Shown here one piece after another: positions 11,862 through 25,581 of a DNA stretch of 64,000 nucleotides; positions within the stretch are counted from its first letter, which is position 1, and the number at the start of each line of letters is the position of its first letter. The position numbers were made by a program, and so were the translations under genes. This DNA comes from Felis catus (taxonomy: Eukaryota). Below the pieces are notes generated by a model. It was not told the DNA's origin. It did no database searches and saw only the letters and a list, made by a program, of their open reading frames with translations. Location: assembly GCF_018350175.1 (NCBI RefSeq), contig NC_058368.1, positions 75,456,001 through 75,520,000 on the forward strand, given 5' to 3'.

Positions 11862-13712
11862 CAGACCATTCACATCAGCACCCCTCAAAACAAATAAACC
11901 CTTAGATATAAACCTAACACAATATGAATAAGATCTGTATGAGGAGAATTGCAAAACTCTGATCAATGAAATCAAAGAAGACATGCATAAATGGGACGAT
12001 ATTTCATGATCTTGAAAAGGAAGGTTCAGCATTGTCAAGACATCAATTCTTTCGACTTGAACTATAGATTCAGTTCAGTCCCAATCAAAGTCCGAGCAAA
12101 TTATTTTGCAGGTATCGGCAAAGTAATTCTGAAGTTTAGAGGCAACGATTAAAGAAAATAAAAATAAACAGAGCAGCCGACGCAATATTGAAGGGGAAGA
12201 ACGACGTTGGAGCACTGACACCACCGACTTCATGACTTACTGCAAAGCCACCATAGTAAAGACAGTGGGGTACAGGTGAAAAAAATAGATCGAAGGAACA
12301 TAATAAAAAGCCCAGAAATCGATCCCCATAAATGAAGTCAACTGCTCTCTGACCAAATGGCAAAGGCAACATAATGGAGAAAAGACAGTCTTTTCAACAA
12401 AGAGTGCTGCAGCGACTGGACATCCGCATGCAAAACAAACAAACACGGTGTAGACATAGAACTACACCTTTCACAAAAATTAACTCAAAATGGGTCACAG
12501 ACCTACACGTAAAGTGGAAATTTATGAAACTACTAAAACATGACAGAGGAGGAAACCCAGATGGCCTGGGGTATGGTGATGAGGTTTTAGATATAACAAA
12601 GACACGATCCATGAAATTAAAAAAAAGAATTAATTAATTGATACGCTGGACTTCATTAAATGAAAAACTTGTGCTCTGCAAAAGAGGTCGACCAATGTAA
12701 GGATAAGCCACCGATTGAGAGAAAATATTTTCAAAAGACACTAAAGAATTGCGATCCAAAATATACAAATAGCTCTTAAAACTCAACAATAGGAAATGAT
12801 GCGATGTTTTTAAATGAACCGAAGCTCCAGAGCCCTCACCACAGAAGGAATAAAGATGGCAAATTAAGCATATGGAAATATGCTCCATGACATAAGTAAT
12901 CCTGGAAATTCAAATTCAAATGGCAATGAAGTACCATGACACATCTGTTAGAATGGCCGAAATCCGGAACACTGGTAACACCAAATGATGGTGAGGATGT
13001 GAAGCAAGAAAAACTCTCTTTCATTGCTCGTGAGAATGCAAACCAGCGCAGCTACATTAGAAGATATTTGGGGAGTTTCTCATAAAACTATACAGGCTCT
13101 TACCACATGAGCCAGCAATCATGCTCTTTGGTACTTGCCCAAAGGAGTTGAAGATATACAAAAATGTCCACACAGTAACCTGCACATGGATGTTTAGGGC
13201 AGCTTTATTCATATTAGCTCAAACTTGAAAGCAGCCAAGATGTCCTTCAGTGGGTGAATGGAGAAACAAATTGTGCTACATCCAGACAATGGAATATTAT
13301 TCCACACTAAAACGCAGTGAGCCATCAAGACAGGGAAGGCACAGAAGAAGCTTAAATGCGTATCACCAAGTGAATGAAGCCAATGTGAAAGGCCACATAT
13401 GGTATGATCCCAATTATGTGACACTCTGGACAAAGTAAAATGATGGAGACAGTAAAGAAGATCAGTAGTTTCTGGGGTGCCTGGGTGGCTCAGCCAGTTA
13501 AGCATCCGACTTCAGCTCTGGTCATGATCTCACGGTTTGTGCGTTCGAGCCCGTTGTCGGGTTCTGGGCTGACAGCTCAGAGCCTGGAGCCTGCTTCCAA
13601 TTCTGTGTCTCCCTCTCTCTCTGCTCCTGCCCTGCTTGCACTCTGTCTCTTTCTCTCTTTCAAAAATAAATAAACATTAAATTTTTTTAATAAAAAAAAG
13701 ATCAGTAGTTTC
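11862..13712 (+). mobile_element. Old L1 (L1MC-like) remnant: decayed ORF2 3' part and start of 3' UTR
   Basis: L1 ORF2-like motifs (gaaatcaaagaagac, ttcacaaaaattaactcaaaatgg, atggaatattattc) and L1MC-type gagacagtaaagaagatcagtagtt; many stops; interrupted by SINE at 13474. Confidence 0.9.
13474..13697 (+). mobile_element. Can-SINE inserted in L1
   Basis: TSD aagatcagtagtttc at 13458-13472 and 13698-13712. Confidence 0.96.
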
Positions 13713-15134
13713 AGAAGCCACACATAAGGAAAAATAGAAAATATCATAGTCATTTAAATACCTAAAGCAAGATAACAATGAGCATTTCAATCGGCGACAG
13801 TTGAGCACAAATTAGCAGTGAAATAAAAAAAAATTCTAAAAATAGTAGTAGGTCAACATAACTATAAGCATGGATATTTTATCTTGAAACAAATTAGAGT
13901 CATAATACAGCTCAAGAGTCAACTACCACAGACGAAGTAGAGAGAACAGAAAATACACAGCGTATACTTATTTTTGTTTTATTTTTATTGTTAGCATGTT
14001 TTATTGTTACTAATATATTTTATTGTTAGCATTAATTGCTATTATTATTCTGTTAACTTAAAGTTGGCTGAAAACGCATCACGGCATTCATACGAGTATA
14101 TGGTGTGGCTTCCAATTAGCAGGATGAAGTGGTGAGTGTGTAGGAACTAAGATGATATAGCATTGGGTCAATATTTCCAGCGAAGGCAGCAGACAGGTTT
14201 GGGATTTGGACTAGGAAACGTAAGTGTGAAACAGAAACGTAGCAAGGATGGGGAGGGATTAGCCACTTGCCAGGTGTTTTCCAATAGAAACAAAGAACGG
14301 TTGTCATTATAAAAAAAAAAAAGACAATTAAAGACACGCTTTGTAGAAGGGCTTGGAACTCATCTGGGAGCATTGCACAGTCAGGAAATGTGTGCGCTTG
14401 CTGTGGAGGAAGGGACATGGCTTATTTTCCAATAAAATGCAGGCGACCTTTATTATGCAAAGGAACACCGCCTGTGCAAACCAGACTACAGCTGCACCAA
14501 CTTCACGCACTCGGCATGAGAGTCCTGAAGGAAAAATACAGGAACAGCTGGACATGGTAACATTCGCCCAAATTCATCCAGCAAAGATTCTAGGTTGGGT
14601 GGGAGGAGCGAGGGGGCCTTCAAGCAGAAACGGGGAGAAATAAAGATAATAATTTGGGCAGAGGTGAGACAGAAAAGACAAAGGAAAACACATACAAGGA
14701 GATCAGCAGGGCAGAGAGGTAGGTTACAGAGAAAAGGACAAGGACACCTCAGCTGGGGGGGGGGGGGCGGGGGCGGCTCTTGTCTATGGTCCCAGGTGAG
14801 GGAGACGAGGAGAAGAGAGCAGAGACAAGGAGCAGAAGCCAAACCAAATGCAGGAGAAGAGCAGGACCAGAAGAACCTCCTTTCCCAACAGGTTAAATGC
14901 AGGAGGAGATAAACCAAAAGAAGTACGGAAAGAAACGAGGGGTCATTCAAGGGCACAAAGGTTAACCGAGACAAGTTCAAAAGGATGCCTGAAGAACTTA
15001 CACGGAAGCACAAAGAAGGAATGATGTCCTGGATCAGAGGAGTCATCAGAGAATGGGTTCCATTCAGCTTCCATTGTGAGAAAGTAAATGAATTAAATTC
15101 ATCAAAGTGACCGGAGGTGAAAACAAACTACAGT

Positions 15135-15190
15135 GAAAACAAAACAAAACAAAACAAAACAGAAAACAGAAACAAAAAGCAAAACAAGAA
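15135..15190 (+). repeat. (AAAAC)n-like simple repeat
   Basis: aaaac/aaacag units seen directly. Confidence 0.8.
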
Positions 15191-16744
15191 ACAAAGGGAG
15201 AGGAAAACAACATAAGAAAGGAAGGGGAATTCGAGGATGGGTGGAGAAAGAGGACAAATACAGTAACAGTTTGCACAGACAGGTGTGCTTTGTTTTGCTT
15301 TAGGTGTTCTGGGCTACAGTTTCCTCACATGTTAGGTGACCAGATGGGACTTCAGGGCGGCTGAGGTCTCCCTGTCCTCCAGCCTTCTGGGGGTTTGCCC
15401 TTCCATTCTGGCCATGCGCAATACGGAAGAAAGAGAAGGTCAAAGACACTGACTCTGGGTCTGAGGAAGGTCGTGTTCAACCAGTTCGGAAAAACATTTC
15501 AGTTTGAAATGCAAGGATTCAGATAGAAGTGAGAGAAATCTCTTTAGTGCTAAGGTGCAGGACGCTTTCCAGTGAAAAACAAGGGCATCTAGCCGCACCA
15601 GAGTTGGATTTGTGACCTAGAATGGACATTTCAAAGATTAGAAATCTGTGGGGGGAATTTGATGACCGGGGAGGAAATTTTCCCTGCCTTTTAGAAAAAT
15701 TCAAGTAAACGTTAACTTTTAGAAAAATTAAGCCAACGTTCATGGTAACGTCAGTCTGTTAGTATGTACCATAGAAGAAGGTGCACAGAGATATACATGC
15801 GAATTGTCTGAAATAGAATTATAGCAAGTTGAAGTATACAGAAGAATCGACAGGGTGTATAGGAATGGAGGATAGTAAACTCTAAAGAGAAAAATATCAC
15901 TTTTTCGGATCATGATATTGCAATAGCTAAAACTAATTTCACACAATCCTGAAAATTTGGAAGTCATATGGAGGATGTTAAAAAAACTTCTGTGAGAACA
16001 GGAAGACATTTAAATTTTTAATATAATCAATGGGAGAGAAAACTTGCTTTCATTTTAAGATGTCACTGGTTGCATAACTGGGTAAAACCTGCCATTAAAT
16101 ATAAGAAAAGAAATGGCAAAATAGATTCTTTGTTTTTGTATTTAGTGACATACTTTGCTTTAAAGCAAAGAACAAGAAACAGAAATAGGACTAGCAAAGA
16201 AGAAGAAAGCTAGGAGGGGAGAAATGAGAGATACCAAAACCCGAGCCAGCATAATAATTCAGGGACAGATTTGCAAGAAGAGCTTCCCTGTCCAGATACG
16301 TCTTACAGAGCAAGGAACAAACGGATGTCGGTCAGGGGTGTAAGAGATGTACGGAAGGGGTGGCTAACAGAGCATAAGAACCTACAGCGTGAAAGGAAAT
16401 GATGTGAGTTGGCATCCCAGCATCACTCAAAATGTAGAAGGGTCAGCTGGTGAATACAGGGAAGTTCTACCCCATTGTGGTGCCTCATTTCAAGGAAATT
16501 TGAGAAAGATCTCAACCAACCACGGGTTCTGTTTGCCAAGGCATGTGAGAAAAAGGGCATTCTAAAACAAGAACTGCTCGTAATAGAGCTTCAAAAGGGG
16601 AGGGACCATCAAAATGGACGCTGTAGATCATGAGTCTTGTTAACCACATAGAATGGTACTTACCTCTCACACATCCGCAGACCTAGTGAACTGTGTTATG
16701 GTGTAGATTCTTTGACCCCCGCTAGGAACTCATTGGTATTATAG

Positions 16745-17050
16745 ATGCAGTGTTATTATGGTTGCGGTTATTGTTAGACGCTCAAATCCCTCATCTTGGG
16801 CGTATTGGAAACCCATCATGACCTATCCCATGTCTTTTAATGTGACTTCCTTAGATGTGGGGTTGGCTTTTTGTTTTGTTTTTGTTGTTGTTGTTGTTGT
16901 TTAGTATTTCTTGCTTTTTGGTACATTTCCTGGAAGCATCACACATATTTTCTTCCCCAGACTGGAATCACCTTTCCTTTAAATAGTCCTGGTTCTTTTT
17001 GGTAGGGAGTACCCAGAGTGCACATTTCTGCTGGATGGTCCTTGACTCTC
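16745..17050 (-). mobile_element. Old L1 3' UTR remnant (L1MC4/5-like)
   Basis: Degenerate antisense motifs (gctcaaatccc, tttcttgctttttggtaca, ccccagactggaatca, cctggttcttttt). Confidence 0.55.
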
Positions 17051-17499
17051 TAGTTCTTTAACCTTTCACACAGCTAATAAAGACATAATTTAGGGGGAAA
17101 AAAAAAAGAATTCTTCCTGATATTTCCAACTGAATGGATTTTCTTGATTTGTTACTTAAAATCACTTAAATAATTATTTTCTCTGTGTGGATATATTACC
17201 CGCTCCACATGCAGCTAAGTTTATTCATTACGTTTGACACCAAATTTCTGTGGATATCCATTTTATTTTTGATTTGATTTTTTTGCATTACAAAAAATTA
17301 TGTGCTTTCATGGTCAAAATAATAAAACAAAAATCTTTGGAGTAGTCTTGATTCAATTCCTATTAACTCAACGTTCTTCTCCATAACAAGCTTAAATTCC
17401 TTATCCTGGTGCTCGTAGCCAAGTTGGACCTAGTTAGCATTCCAGACTCATCCCCTATAACTCCATAACATAAGCTCTAGCTAAATTGGACTATGAATG

Positions 17500-17980
17500 A
17501 TTTCAAATGTGCCAAGAACATATCCTACTTTGTGATTCTTCTTTAATGCTGATCCTTTTTTCTGGAATGCAGTTCCTGCTTCTGTCCATTTAAAAACTCT
17601 TGTTCTTTCTCCAAAGGCCATGATCCTTAACTCTTGGTAGACTATTAGCACTGTTTTAATCCCCATTTTATGGCGTATGTATTTCTTTTGAAAAATGTTG
17701 AGATGGCTTATAGCAATGATCTTTTGTAATATCCTGATGAGTAAAAAGTAGAGAAAAGCAGAAAAGAGGTGAAAATAATAGAAATGCAACATTTCAGCAA
17801 AAACAAGAGTTAGTTTTATATGTAGGTATTTTGTCTTCTCAGATTGCAAGCACTTGGACTGTGGGACGTAGGACATACAAACGGTAGATGTTTGGCAAAT
17901 AAATAATGACTAGATGTCATGGCATGTTCCCAACATCCAGAGAACTTTGCACACAGCAGGTTCCAAATTTCCTTGTTGAT
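17500..17980. mobile_element. L2 3' remnant with an embedded MIR fragment
   Basis: L2-like ctggaatgc and agattgcaagcacttg...gcacacagcagg; MIR-like atccccatttta at ~17660. Confidence 0.45.
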
Positions 17981-18119
17981 TTTCTAGTACATGAAGAACT
18001 ATAAATAGTTACATTTTAAGTGATATTTAGGCCACTTTAGAACACAAGTTGTTAGATTGTGTGCAAACATTTCTTGAATGGCTTTTTAAATAATCTATAC
18101 CCATGGCGGTATTTTTGGT

Positions 18120-18550
18120 GCCTTAGATAGGAGTCTTCGAACAACACCTTAAGGAGTGAAGTATGTATAGGTTTCACTGGGGGATGGTTTTAGGAGCTGC
18201 ACCGGTGAGGGAGGAAGACAAGCAGGTGTTGGGGTGGGGGGGGGCAGGGGCTGACCCACCAGGCTGGTTCCACCTGTTCTATAGTAAGCTCTGGAGTTGG
18301 CATGCTTGATCAGCGTTATTGGAACTCACACATGGGTGCCAGACATGGACATCCCACATCAGCCAATCACTGGGTACGAGCCAACTCCATGAGGGAGGGC
18401 TTGACTCAGCCTCAGCTGCCGTGCCCTGCTCCCAATTGCCAGAGAAAGATTGAGCTGTGAGTCCTCAGCGGGCATATTCCCAACACATGAGCATTGGAAG
18501 CAGGAGCTCTGAAGATGGCATGTGGGCAAGGCACCATGGTAGCCACCACA
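18120..18550 (-). mobile_element. LTR16A-like (ERVL) solo LTR
   Basis: Colinear with antisense LTR16A motifs (agctctggagttggcatg, cccacatcagccaatcactgg, agctgtgagtcctcagc, gcaccatggtagccaccaca end). Confidence 0.75.
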
Positions 18551-18721
18551 TACAATGTTTTTATCATGATGTTTGAGAAACAGTTCAATTTTATGCAAGA
18601 ATTTTTTAAGCCTGACATTTAAAGAGAGTCTGTAATGAACAACACTCGTTAGGCCTCCAAATGTGCCTGTGTGAGTATCTCTGTTCATGTTAATTACGTA
18701 TGGTTTCTAAAGTTAGGAAGA

Positions 18722-18955
18722 GAGGTGCCTGGATGGCTCAGTCGGTTAAGTGTCCGAATTTGGCTCAGTTCATGATCTCATCGTTTGCGGGTTTGAGCCC
18801 CACGTCGGGCTCTGTGCTGACAGCTTGGAGCCTGGAGCCTGCTTCCCATTCTGTGTCTCCCTCTCTCTCTGCTCCTACCCCTCTCATGCTCTGTCTCTCT
18901 CTCTCTCTCTCTCCTTCAAAACTAAATAAAAACATTTAAAAATTAAAAAAAAAAA
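18722..18955 (+). mobile_element. Can-SINE
   Basis: Head, (CT)n and A tail; degenerate TSD taaagttaggaaga / taaaattagaaaga. Confidence 0.95.
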
Positions 18956-19445
18956 TAAAATTAGAAAGAAAAAGACCAGAAAATGAATGGACGTCATTAT
19001 AGTATTCTTATCATTGTTTGCTTTTACTATTTGGAAATACACATTATAAGTTGCTGGGAAAAGACCCTTTAGAAAAAGCATTCTTACACCCCGTTCAGGG
19101 AGAAAAAAAGCTATATAAATTCAAATAAAAGCAAATTAATTTTCTCACAGATGTTTTGTAATATAAATAAACCAACATGAGAGACAAGCATCATTTTCAA
19201 AGGTTTTTGAATTCTTTGGGGGAAACGAAGCATAACAAGCTTATTTTGAAACTGCTAAATATTAATCTTGTATCTCATTCTTTCCTTCAAATAAAGTATA
19301 GTAAGTTGCCATATTCTTGTCCTAATGTCTAATTTATTTAAACTTGTTTGTCATTGCATCCTCTAGTGAACCAAAATGTTTGCATACACTTGGAAGATAG
19401 CTGACGAAACACAGGACCACGGCAGCCTTTAGAACAGGCTTTGTA

Positions 19446-19659
19446 GGGGCACCTGGTTGGCTCAGTCAGTTAAGCATCTGGCTTGTGATTTCTGCTCAGG
19501 TCATGATCTCGCAGTCCATGAGTTTGAGCCCCGCATCGGGCTCTGTGCTGACAGCTCGAAACCTGGATCCTGCTTCGGATTCTGTGTCTCCCTCTCTCCC
19601 TGCCCCTCCATGACTCGTGCTCTCTCTCTCTCAAAAATTAATAAACATTAAAAAAAAAA
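19446..19659 (+). mobile_element. Can-SINE
   Basis: TSD agaacaggctttgta at 19431-19445 and 19660-19674. Confidence 0.96.
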
Positions 19660-20176
19660 AGAACAGGCTTTGTAGACATGGGCCACTCTCTTCCCTAGAG
19701 TTCTTAAAAATAGAAACCCAACGGTTTAGAACAAGTTTAATAAAATTCTGCCAGGGTGTAGAATATATCCTCATGTTTTGGCTCTCTGCACTCTCCTTTT
19801 AAAGAACAACCTCTTGATATTCTATTGAATTCTAAAAAAGAAAGAAAGAAAGAGAAAAATGTTTTGGCTTTGATTTGTATTTAATTTATTAGTGTACAAG
19901 GAGGTGTTAGTTTGTTTTAAAATGTTTTTAAGTAGATGTTTATTGCCAAAATATATTTCCCACTAGATTACTTCAGTCTAGAGGAGGCCACCTTCTGGTT
20001 TAAATTAAGGAGAAGGTACCCCTTGATTTCCTTTTTCGTTTCATAATTTTCGATTTCGATTGTAACGGTGATTTCTAGGATCCACAACATAAAGTTTATT
20101 CACCAAAAAGAAGTATATCATCAGAAAATCCAACTGATATGGTAGAGGACGACCTTGTTAACACGCACCTAAAAGG

Positions 20177-20180
<4 letters not shown>

Positions 20181-20208
<28 letters not shown>
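20181..20208 (+). repeat. (TG)n microsatellite
   Basis: Seen directly. Confidence 0.95.
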
Positions 20209-20209
<1 letters not shown>

Positions 20210-21902
20210 ACGCGTGTGCTTAATATAAGATCTTCATTTGGTCTGTGTTCTCTTTTCTTCATGTCCTACTTCTTATTTTCATTGTTTTGTGTAATGTGCC
20301 CAAGGCAGATGCTGGACATAGTGGTGACACAGGGGCTCAGAGTCACTGGAAATAGCGTGTTTCCGGCTCTTGTATCACTTGCGATGATATCGGAACTTTT
20401 AAATGAAATTTCAGAGTAAATACACCTCACACAGTCTTTCAAGCGTGTTTATTGTAGGTGTCTCAACCTGGCATTGGGTAAAAATACACGTTTTTCATAA
20501 AAAAGAGTTTTCGCCACCATGAAACATTTATAAAATATAAACAAGGACAAATGGCTACTTAATCAACCGAGTCAATGGACAATTTTGAATTGTAAGTGGA
20601 GAAAAGCAAGCTAGAGATTCTCACTTCCATAGGGGCTGATCCATTTCATCATGATAATCATGAACAGGCTCACTTCATTCTAATACTTCCCTCTCACAAA
20701 TATATTCATATCAGCCTCACTGCAAATGAATAAATAAAAATTGAGACTACGCATTGTGTTCCGCAGAGCTTGAAAACCCTAGAACTATGTTCAGTCTTAT
20801 CTACTGTCTTTCGTTAACAAAAGTGTCTATCTAACCACCGTTTTTATTAGCGTATTTGAATGGCATATTGATCCTCATTTGATGTAAATTACGATATAAT
20901 CACATAACAGACTTGAGTATAAGCGATTGCAAGCAAATGAGAAGCACATGATGAGACAGAGCATGTGGATTTCAGTGCCCAGACCTTATGAACACATGTA
21001 CATGTTCAGGAAAGCCCACTGGATAAAATTTATGTATTGCTAATGATTTTTATTGGCCCCTTGGCCCAAAGTGGTGGCAAGGTGCCCAGGAATTTGAAGG
21101 AATCCTGTTTTCGGTTAGTAGTCAGAATGCAAAGAGTAATAAAACTCAGAAAAGGCATGGTGAAAGCTAAAATGCATTTATCCAGGTACAACAAGTCCAG
21201 CCAACTCAGGACTGTGAGTCCTTCGCCTTTTTGTTCCCCCGAGGTTACGGAATTTTATTCTGTCAGGGTATCCTCGAGCAAGGATCGTTTTAACAAAGCG
21301 CTGCACAATCCATTTGTGTGTGTGTTTGTTTGTGCTGTGTGCCTGCACAGCGTCATAAAAGGACTAATTCGATCCACAGCCTTCTTTTTCCTGCTGAATG
21401 AATGATCTCTTATATTCCTGATGGAGTTCAGGCAAACCACTTTGCTTCTATTAAAAGCAGGCGTTCGGATAATCCAAGAGTTACATATAATTGTGCACAT
21501 GATCTCTCTCTTTAAAGGTAAGGGCAAATTTCCCGTGGAATTGCATCCACACAGCCACGGGAAAGAGATGATACAGTTACAGACGGCACAGTATTTTTTT
21601 TGCAGGCCGCTTATTTGTACTTCTCATTACTAATTAAAAGCTTCATTTTCTTGTGATCATTCCTAGTTTGCAATATATAACATGCATTATGTTTGACTCT
21701 GATTCAAACAATTATTGGGAGTGTGGGTGGGTGTTTGGCAAACTTGAGTAGTACCTGGAAAACTGATAATATAATGATATTTTTAGAGGGATAATGATGT
21801 AATTGTGTTAGAAAATAGAGTTGTAGTTTAGAAATACGTAATTAGGTATATTAAATGAAACTATGTGTATCGGGGATATTTGCTTTAAGATAATCAACTG
21901 CA

Positions 21903-22078
21903 GGGATGCTTGGGTGGCTCAGTCCATTAAGCGACCAACTCTTGGTTTCGGCTCAGGTCATGGTCTCACTGTTCATGAGTTCGAGCCCCGTGTTGGGCTC
22001 TATGCTGACAGTGTGTAGCCTGCTTGGGATTCTCTCTCTCCCTCTCTCTCTGCCTGCTTCGGACTCTCTCTCTCTGTC

Positions 22079-22118
<40 letters not shown>

Positions 22119-22187
22119 ATTCTCTCCCTGCCCTCCCCAACTTGTGCTGCCTCTCTTTCTCTCTCAAAATAAATAAACATTAAAAAA
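21903..22187 (+). mobile_element. Can-SINE with expanded CT tract
   Basis: Head, long CT/CTGT tract, A tail; degenerate TSD ataatcaactg / ataatgaactg. Confidence 0.93.
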
Positions 22188-22261
22188 TAATAATGAACTG
22201 GAAGTCAGGAGAGAGAAGAACAGTTATTGGTATACACCAAGCAAGATGAGCTCTGAGGAGA

Positions 22262-22771
22262 TGTATTGGTCAGCGTTCTCCAAAGAACCTGAACTGAGAA
22301 GATGTATAAAGATACATATATAAGGAGATTTATTACAGGAACTGGCTCACCTGATTATGGAGACCAGGAAGTCCCAGCATCTGCCCTCTGCAAGCTGGAG
22401 ACCCAGGAAGGCTAGTGGTGTAATTTAGTCTGCCTCCAAAAGCCCGAACACCACAAGGGCTGTTGCTGTGATTTGTAATCTGAATCCAAAGGCCAAAGAA
22501 CCAGAAGTGCTGATACCCGAGGGTAGAAGAGGACAGACCTCCCAGTTCAAGGGAGAGCACATTCTTTTCATCCTCTGCCTCTTTTCAGGTCCTCAGTGTA
22601 TTGGGTGATGCCCACTCACTTGGGTGAGTGCCATCTTCTTTTCTTTGAGTCTACTGACTCAAACGCTTATCTCGCAAAATCATCATCACAGACACACCCA
22701 GAAGTGGCGTTCTACCAGCTCTCCGGGCATCCCTTAGCCCAGTCAAGGTAGCACCAAAATGGTCCATCACA
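22262..22771 (-). mobile_element. MLT2B-like (ERVL) solo LTR, essentially full length
   Basis: TG...CA termini (tgtattggtcagcgttctcc ... ccatcaca); internal ggagatttattacaggaactggctcac and gggcatcccttagcccagtcaag. Confidence 0.9.
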
Positions 22772-22902
22772 CTAGACGTAGGGATTCGTATGGTGAATTA
22801 TAGGTACATAGGGATTCGTATGACACTCCCCTTACTTTGTATACGTTTGACATTTTCATAGTAATGGCTATATTTTCCCTTTCTTTTTTTCAGTGTATTT
22901 AT

Positions 22903-23131
22903 TTTTTTAATATTTTTAAGTTTTATTTATTTATTTTGAGAGAGAGCGAGCCTGTGAGCAGGAGAGGAGCAGAGAGAGAGAGAGAGAGAGAGAGAGAATC
23001 CCAAGCAGGCTCTACACCATCAGCACAGAGTCTGACACGGGGCTCAAACTCACGAACCATGAGATCATGACCTGAGCCGAACTCAAGAGTCAGACTCAGA
23101 CCCTTAACCGACTGAGCCCCCCCGGGGCCCC
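22903..23131 (-). mobile_element. Can-SINE
   Basis: TSD tttttcagtgtatttat at 22886-22902 and 23132-23148. Confidence 0.95.
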
Positions 23132-24626
23132 TTTTTCAGTGTATTTATAGGACAAGGAGGACTATTTGGTCATTAAGTTTTGCTGCAAGGCAGGTGTCCA
23201 GAAGTTTCAATCAATGCATGAGATATTTTAGAGATTTCTAATCTAACCTGGGCTGGCTTCCAAATACACAATCCAGTGGGTAGGGCACTTGTTTCTGAGC
23301 ACAAGCTCAGAAGTTAGTGAGACAGGGAGCTGATGACCTTTGTTTCCAGAGATGTGTGAATTAAATCAGGTCCCTAACCAGCAGTTATAAAAGTATAGGA
23401 AAGCAGTGTCTGAGTACAGAGGGCAGAAGAAAAGGCTGCTATGAAAAGCTAAGTAGGGAGTACTAGATGTTAGCAAAACTTGAGTATAAAAAGAGGACTC
23501 ACATTTCAGTTAAAAGAAATATAAGGCACTCAGATATCCAGGCACATACTAGTCACAACAGAGCTAGAGGCTAGCATTCTCCACGCAGCCTGGATAGTAT
23601 AATAACAACAACAGGGTAATACAATCCAATTCCCTGGTGGTGGAAATCACCTCAATATATCATCAGGTATAGTTAAGATTATCCCAGCGATTGTAAGGAT
23701 TTGGACCCGTTGAATAAAATTCTCAATACTCATAAATCTTTAGGCTCGTACAAGTAAAGACTGTCAGTTTCTGTTCCTCTATGATATCTGTGAACTTGTC
23801 CTCGTTGTGTCCATTACTTCCGGGACCGTCCCGATCAATGACATGCCCCGTGGGAGAGCCAACGCGTTCGTTATGTGCAAGTGAATACATCACATTCTTC
23901 TACTTATCGTTGCAACCCGATCAGGAATCGGAGAATAGCAATCAATGACTTGGGCAGTGGGCACAAATGAAAGCACATCCTAAATGCTTATTCAGTGAAA
24001 TAGTCCTAACTACCTTACAAGTGAACCGTATGTGCCACACGGCAGAGAAGAAGAGAAAGGGGTCCCCAGGAGAGGGACATTGAACATATGGCCGTTATAT
24101 CTTACCTAAGCAGGTAGGAATACAGTCACAGGAAATAAAAGCCAATATTAAAAAAAAATGAAGCATGCAAAATAAGGATGATAAAGCAGCAAACATGATA
24201 GTCATAAATTCCCAGAATCCAGTCGAATGTGCAGAAAATTTAATAAGCCTAGCCATTATCAAAAGTGCTGACAGTAAGCAGGGACGCTGCTCAGGTGTAG
24301 GGAGCCTTGAAGGGTGGGGGCAGAACTGTCAGTGCGCAGACGCAGACGCCGAGGCTCAAGCTGAGAACAATGACCTTTTAAAATAGATACAAATGACCTA
24401 CTTAGAGGGCACTGAAAAGACCCAAGTTTAAAGGACTAATAAGAAAAGCTCAAACAGCAAATATGAAAACCCTGGAATTCTAGACAAAATCCTGTACTGC
24501 AGGATGAACAATATCCACAGATGTGAACGCAGCTGGTATGTAGAAGAGCTAGAGAAAGAGGGAGGGAAGAAGGAATATCCCCCAAAGTAATAGTTCCAAT
24601 TGTTTCTCAAGAAGCAAACCATTCAT

Positions 24627-24850
24627 GGAGCCCCTGAGTGGCTCAGACAGTTGAGGCTCTGACCTGGGCTCAGGTCATGATCTCACAGTTCGCGAGTTCA
24701 AGCTCCGTGTTGGGCTCTGTGCTGACAGCTCGGAGCCTAGAGCCGGCTTCAGATTCTGTGTCTCCCTCTCTCTCTGCCCCACCCGCTTACTCTCTGTCTC
24801 TCTCTCTCTCAAAAAAGTAAGTAAAAAACGTTTTAAAAATTTTAAAAAGA
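24627..24850 (+). mobile_element. Can-SINE
   Basis: TSD aagcaaaccattca at 24612-24625 and 24851-24864. Confidence 0.95.
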
Positions 24851-24990
24851 AAGCAAACCATTCACTTAAAAATGAACAAACTACGGGTGACACCTGAAGA
24901 CGAGTTCTATCAAAAGCAGCATGACACAGGAACAAACATGGAGTCAGAGTGGCATAAGTTCTGTCCCCTAATCGGTGGGAGACAAGAAAA

Positions 24991-25172
24991 GCACCTGGGT
25001 GGCTCCGTCACTTGAGTAGCAGGCTTTGGCTCAGGTCATGATCTCAGGGTACATGGGTTCGAGCCCCACATCAGGCTCACCGCTGTCAACACAGAACCCT
25101 CTTCAGATTCCCTCTCTGTCTTCCACTCGCCCACTCGTACTCTCTCTCTCTCTCAGATAAACATTTAAAAAA
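24991..25172 (+). mobile_element. Can-SINE, diverged
   Basis: gcacctgggtggctc head, ctcaggtcatgatctc, CT tract, short tail; no clear TSD. Confidence 0.9.
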
Positions 25173-25411
25173 TGTAATCCTTTTAGGGGGCTTTGTGTTA
25201 TCATTGATAAGTGGGGAGAGTCATACTTCAGGCCTCTCAATGGCCATGGGCCAATAAACAAGAGAATATCAAGGAATAGAAGTATCATATCAATGTTCGG
25301 TAATGTTTATCTCCGATATGTTTGAACCTCAGATAAACAGCAATGACATCGATTATGAAATATTTGTATGCATACAGTCCATGCAATATTTGCTGAATTT
25401 GATAACCATAG

Positions 25412-25524
25412 TATGTGTGTGTGTGTGTATGTGTGTGTGCAGGTATATATCTATATCTATATCATCTATATCTATATCTATATTTATATCTATATCTATA
25501 TCTATCTATATCTAGCTCTATCTA

Positions 25525-25577
<53 letters not shown>
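25412..25577 (+). repeat. Compound microsatellite (TG)n-(TATATC)n-(TC)n-(TA)n
   Basis: Seen directly. Confidence 0.95.

Positions 25578-25581
<4 letters not shown>

Larger units (their letters stand above)
21690..22865 (+). mobile_element. Old L1M 3' UTR remnant interrupted by a SINE and an MLT2 LTR
   Basis: gataatgatgtaattgtg...atttgctttaagataatc before the SINE and ggtacatagggattcgtatg...tttgtatacgtttgacattttcata after the LTR resemble L1ME/L1MC 3' ends. Confidence 0.55.

Noticed and set aside
14486..15046. 186-aa Leu/Cys/Phe-rich ORF
   Set aside because: Composition artefact of the purine-skewed tract; TTG start and no domain.
16658..16725. Strong minus-strand donor GAG|GTAAGT at 16664
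   Set aside because: No convincing acceptor or promoter motifs; an isolated donor is expected by chance.
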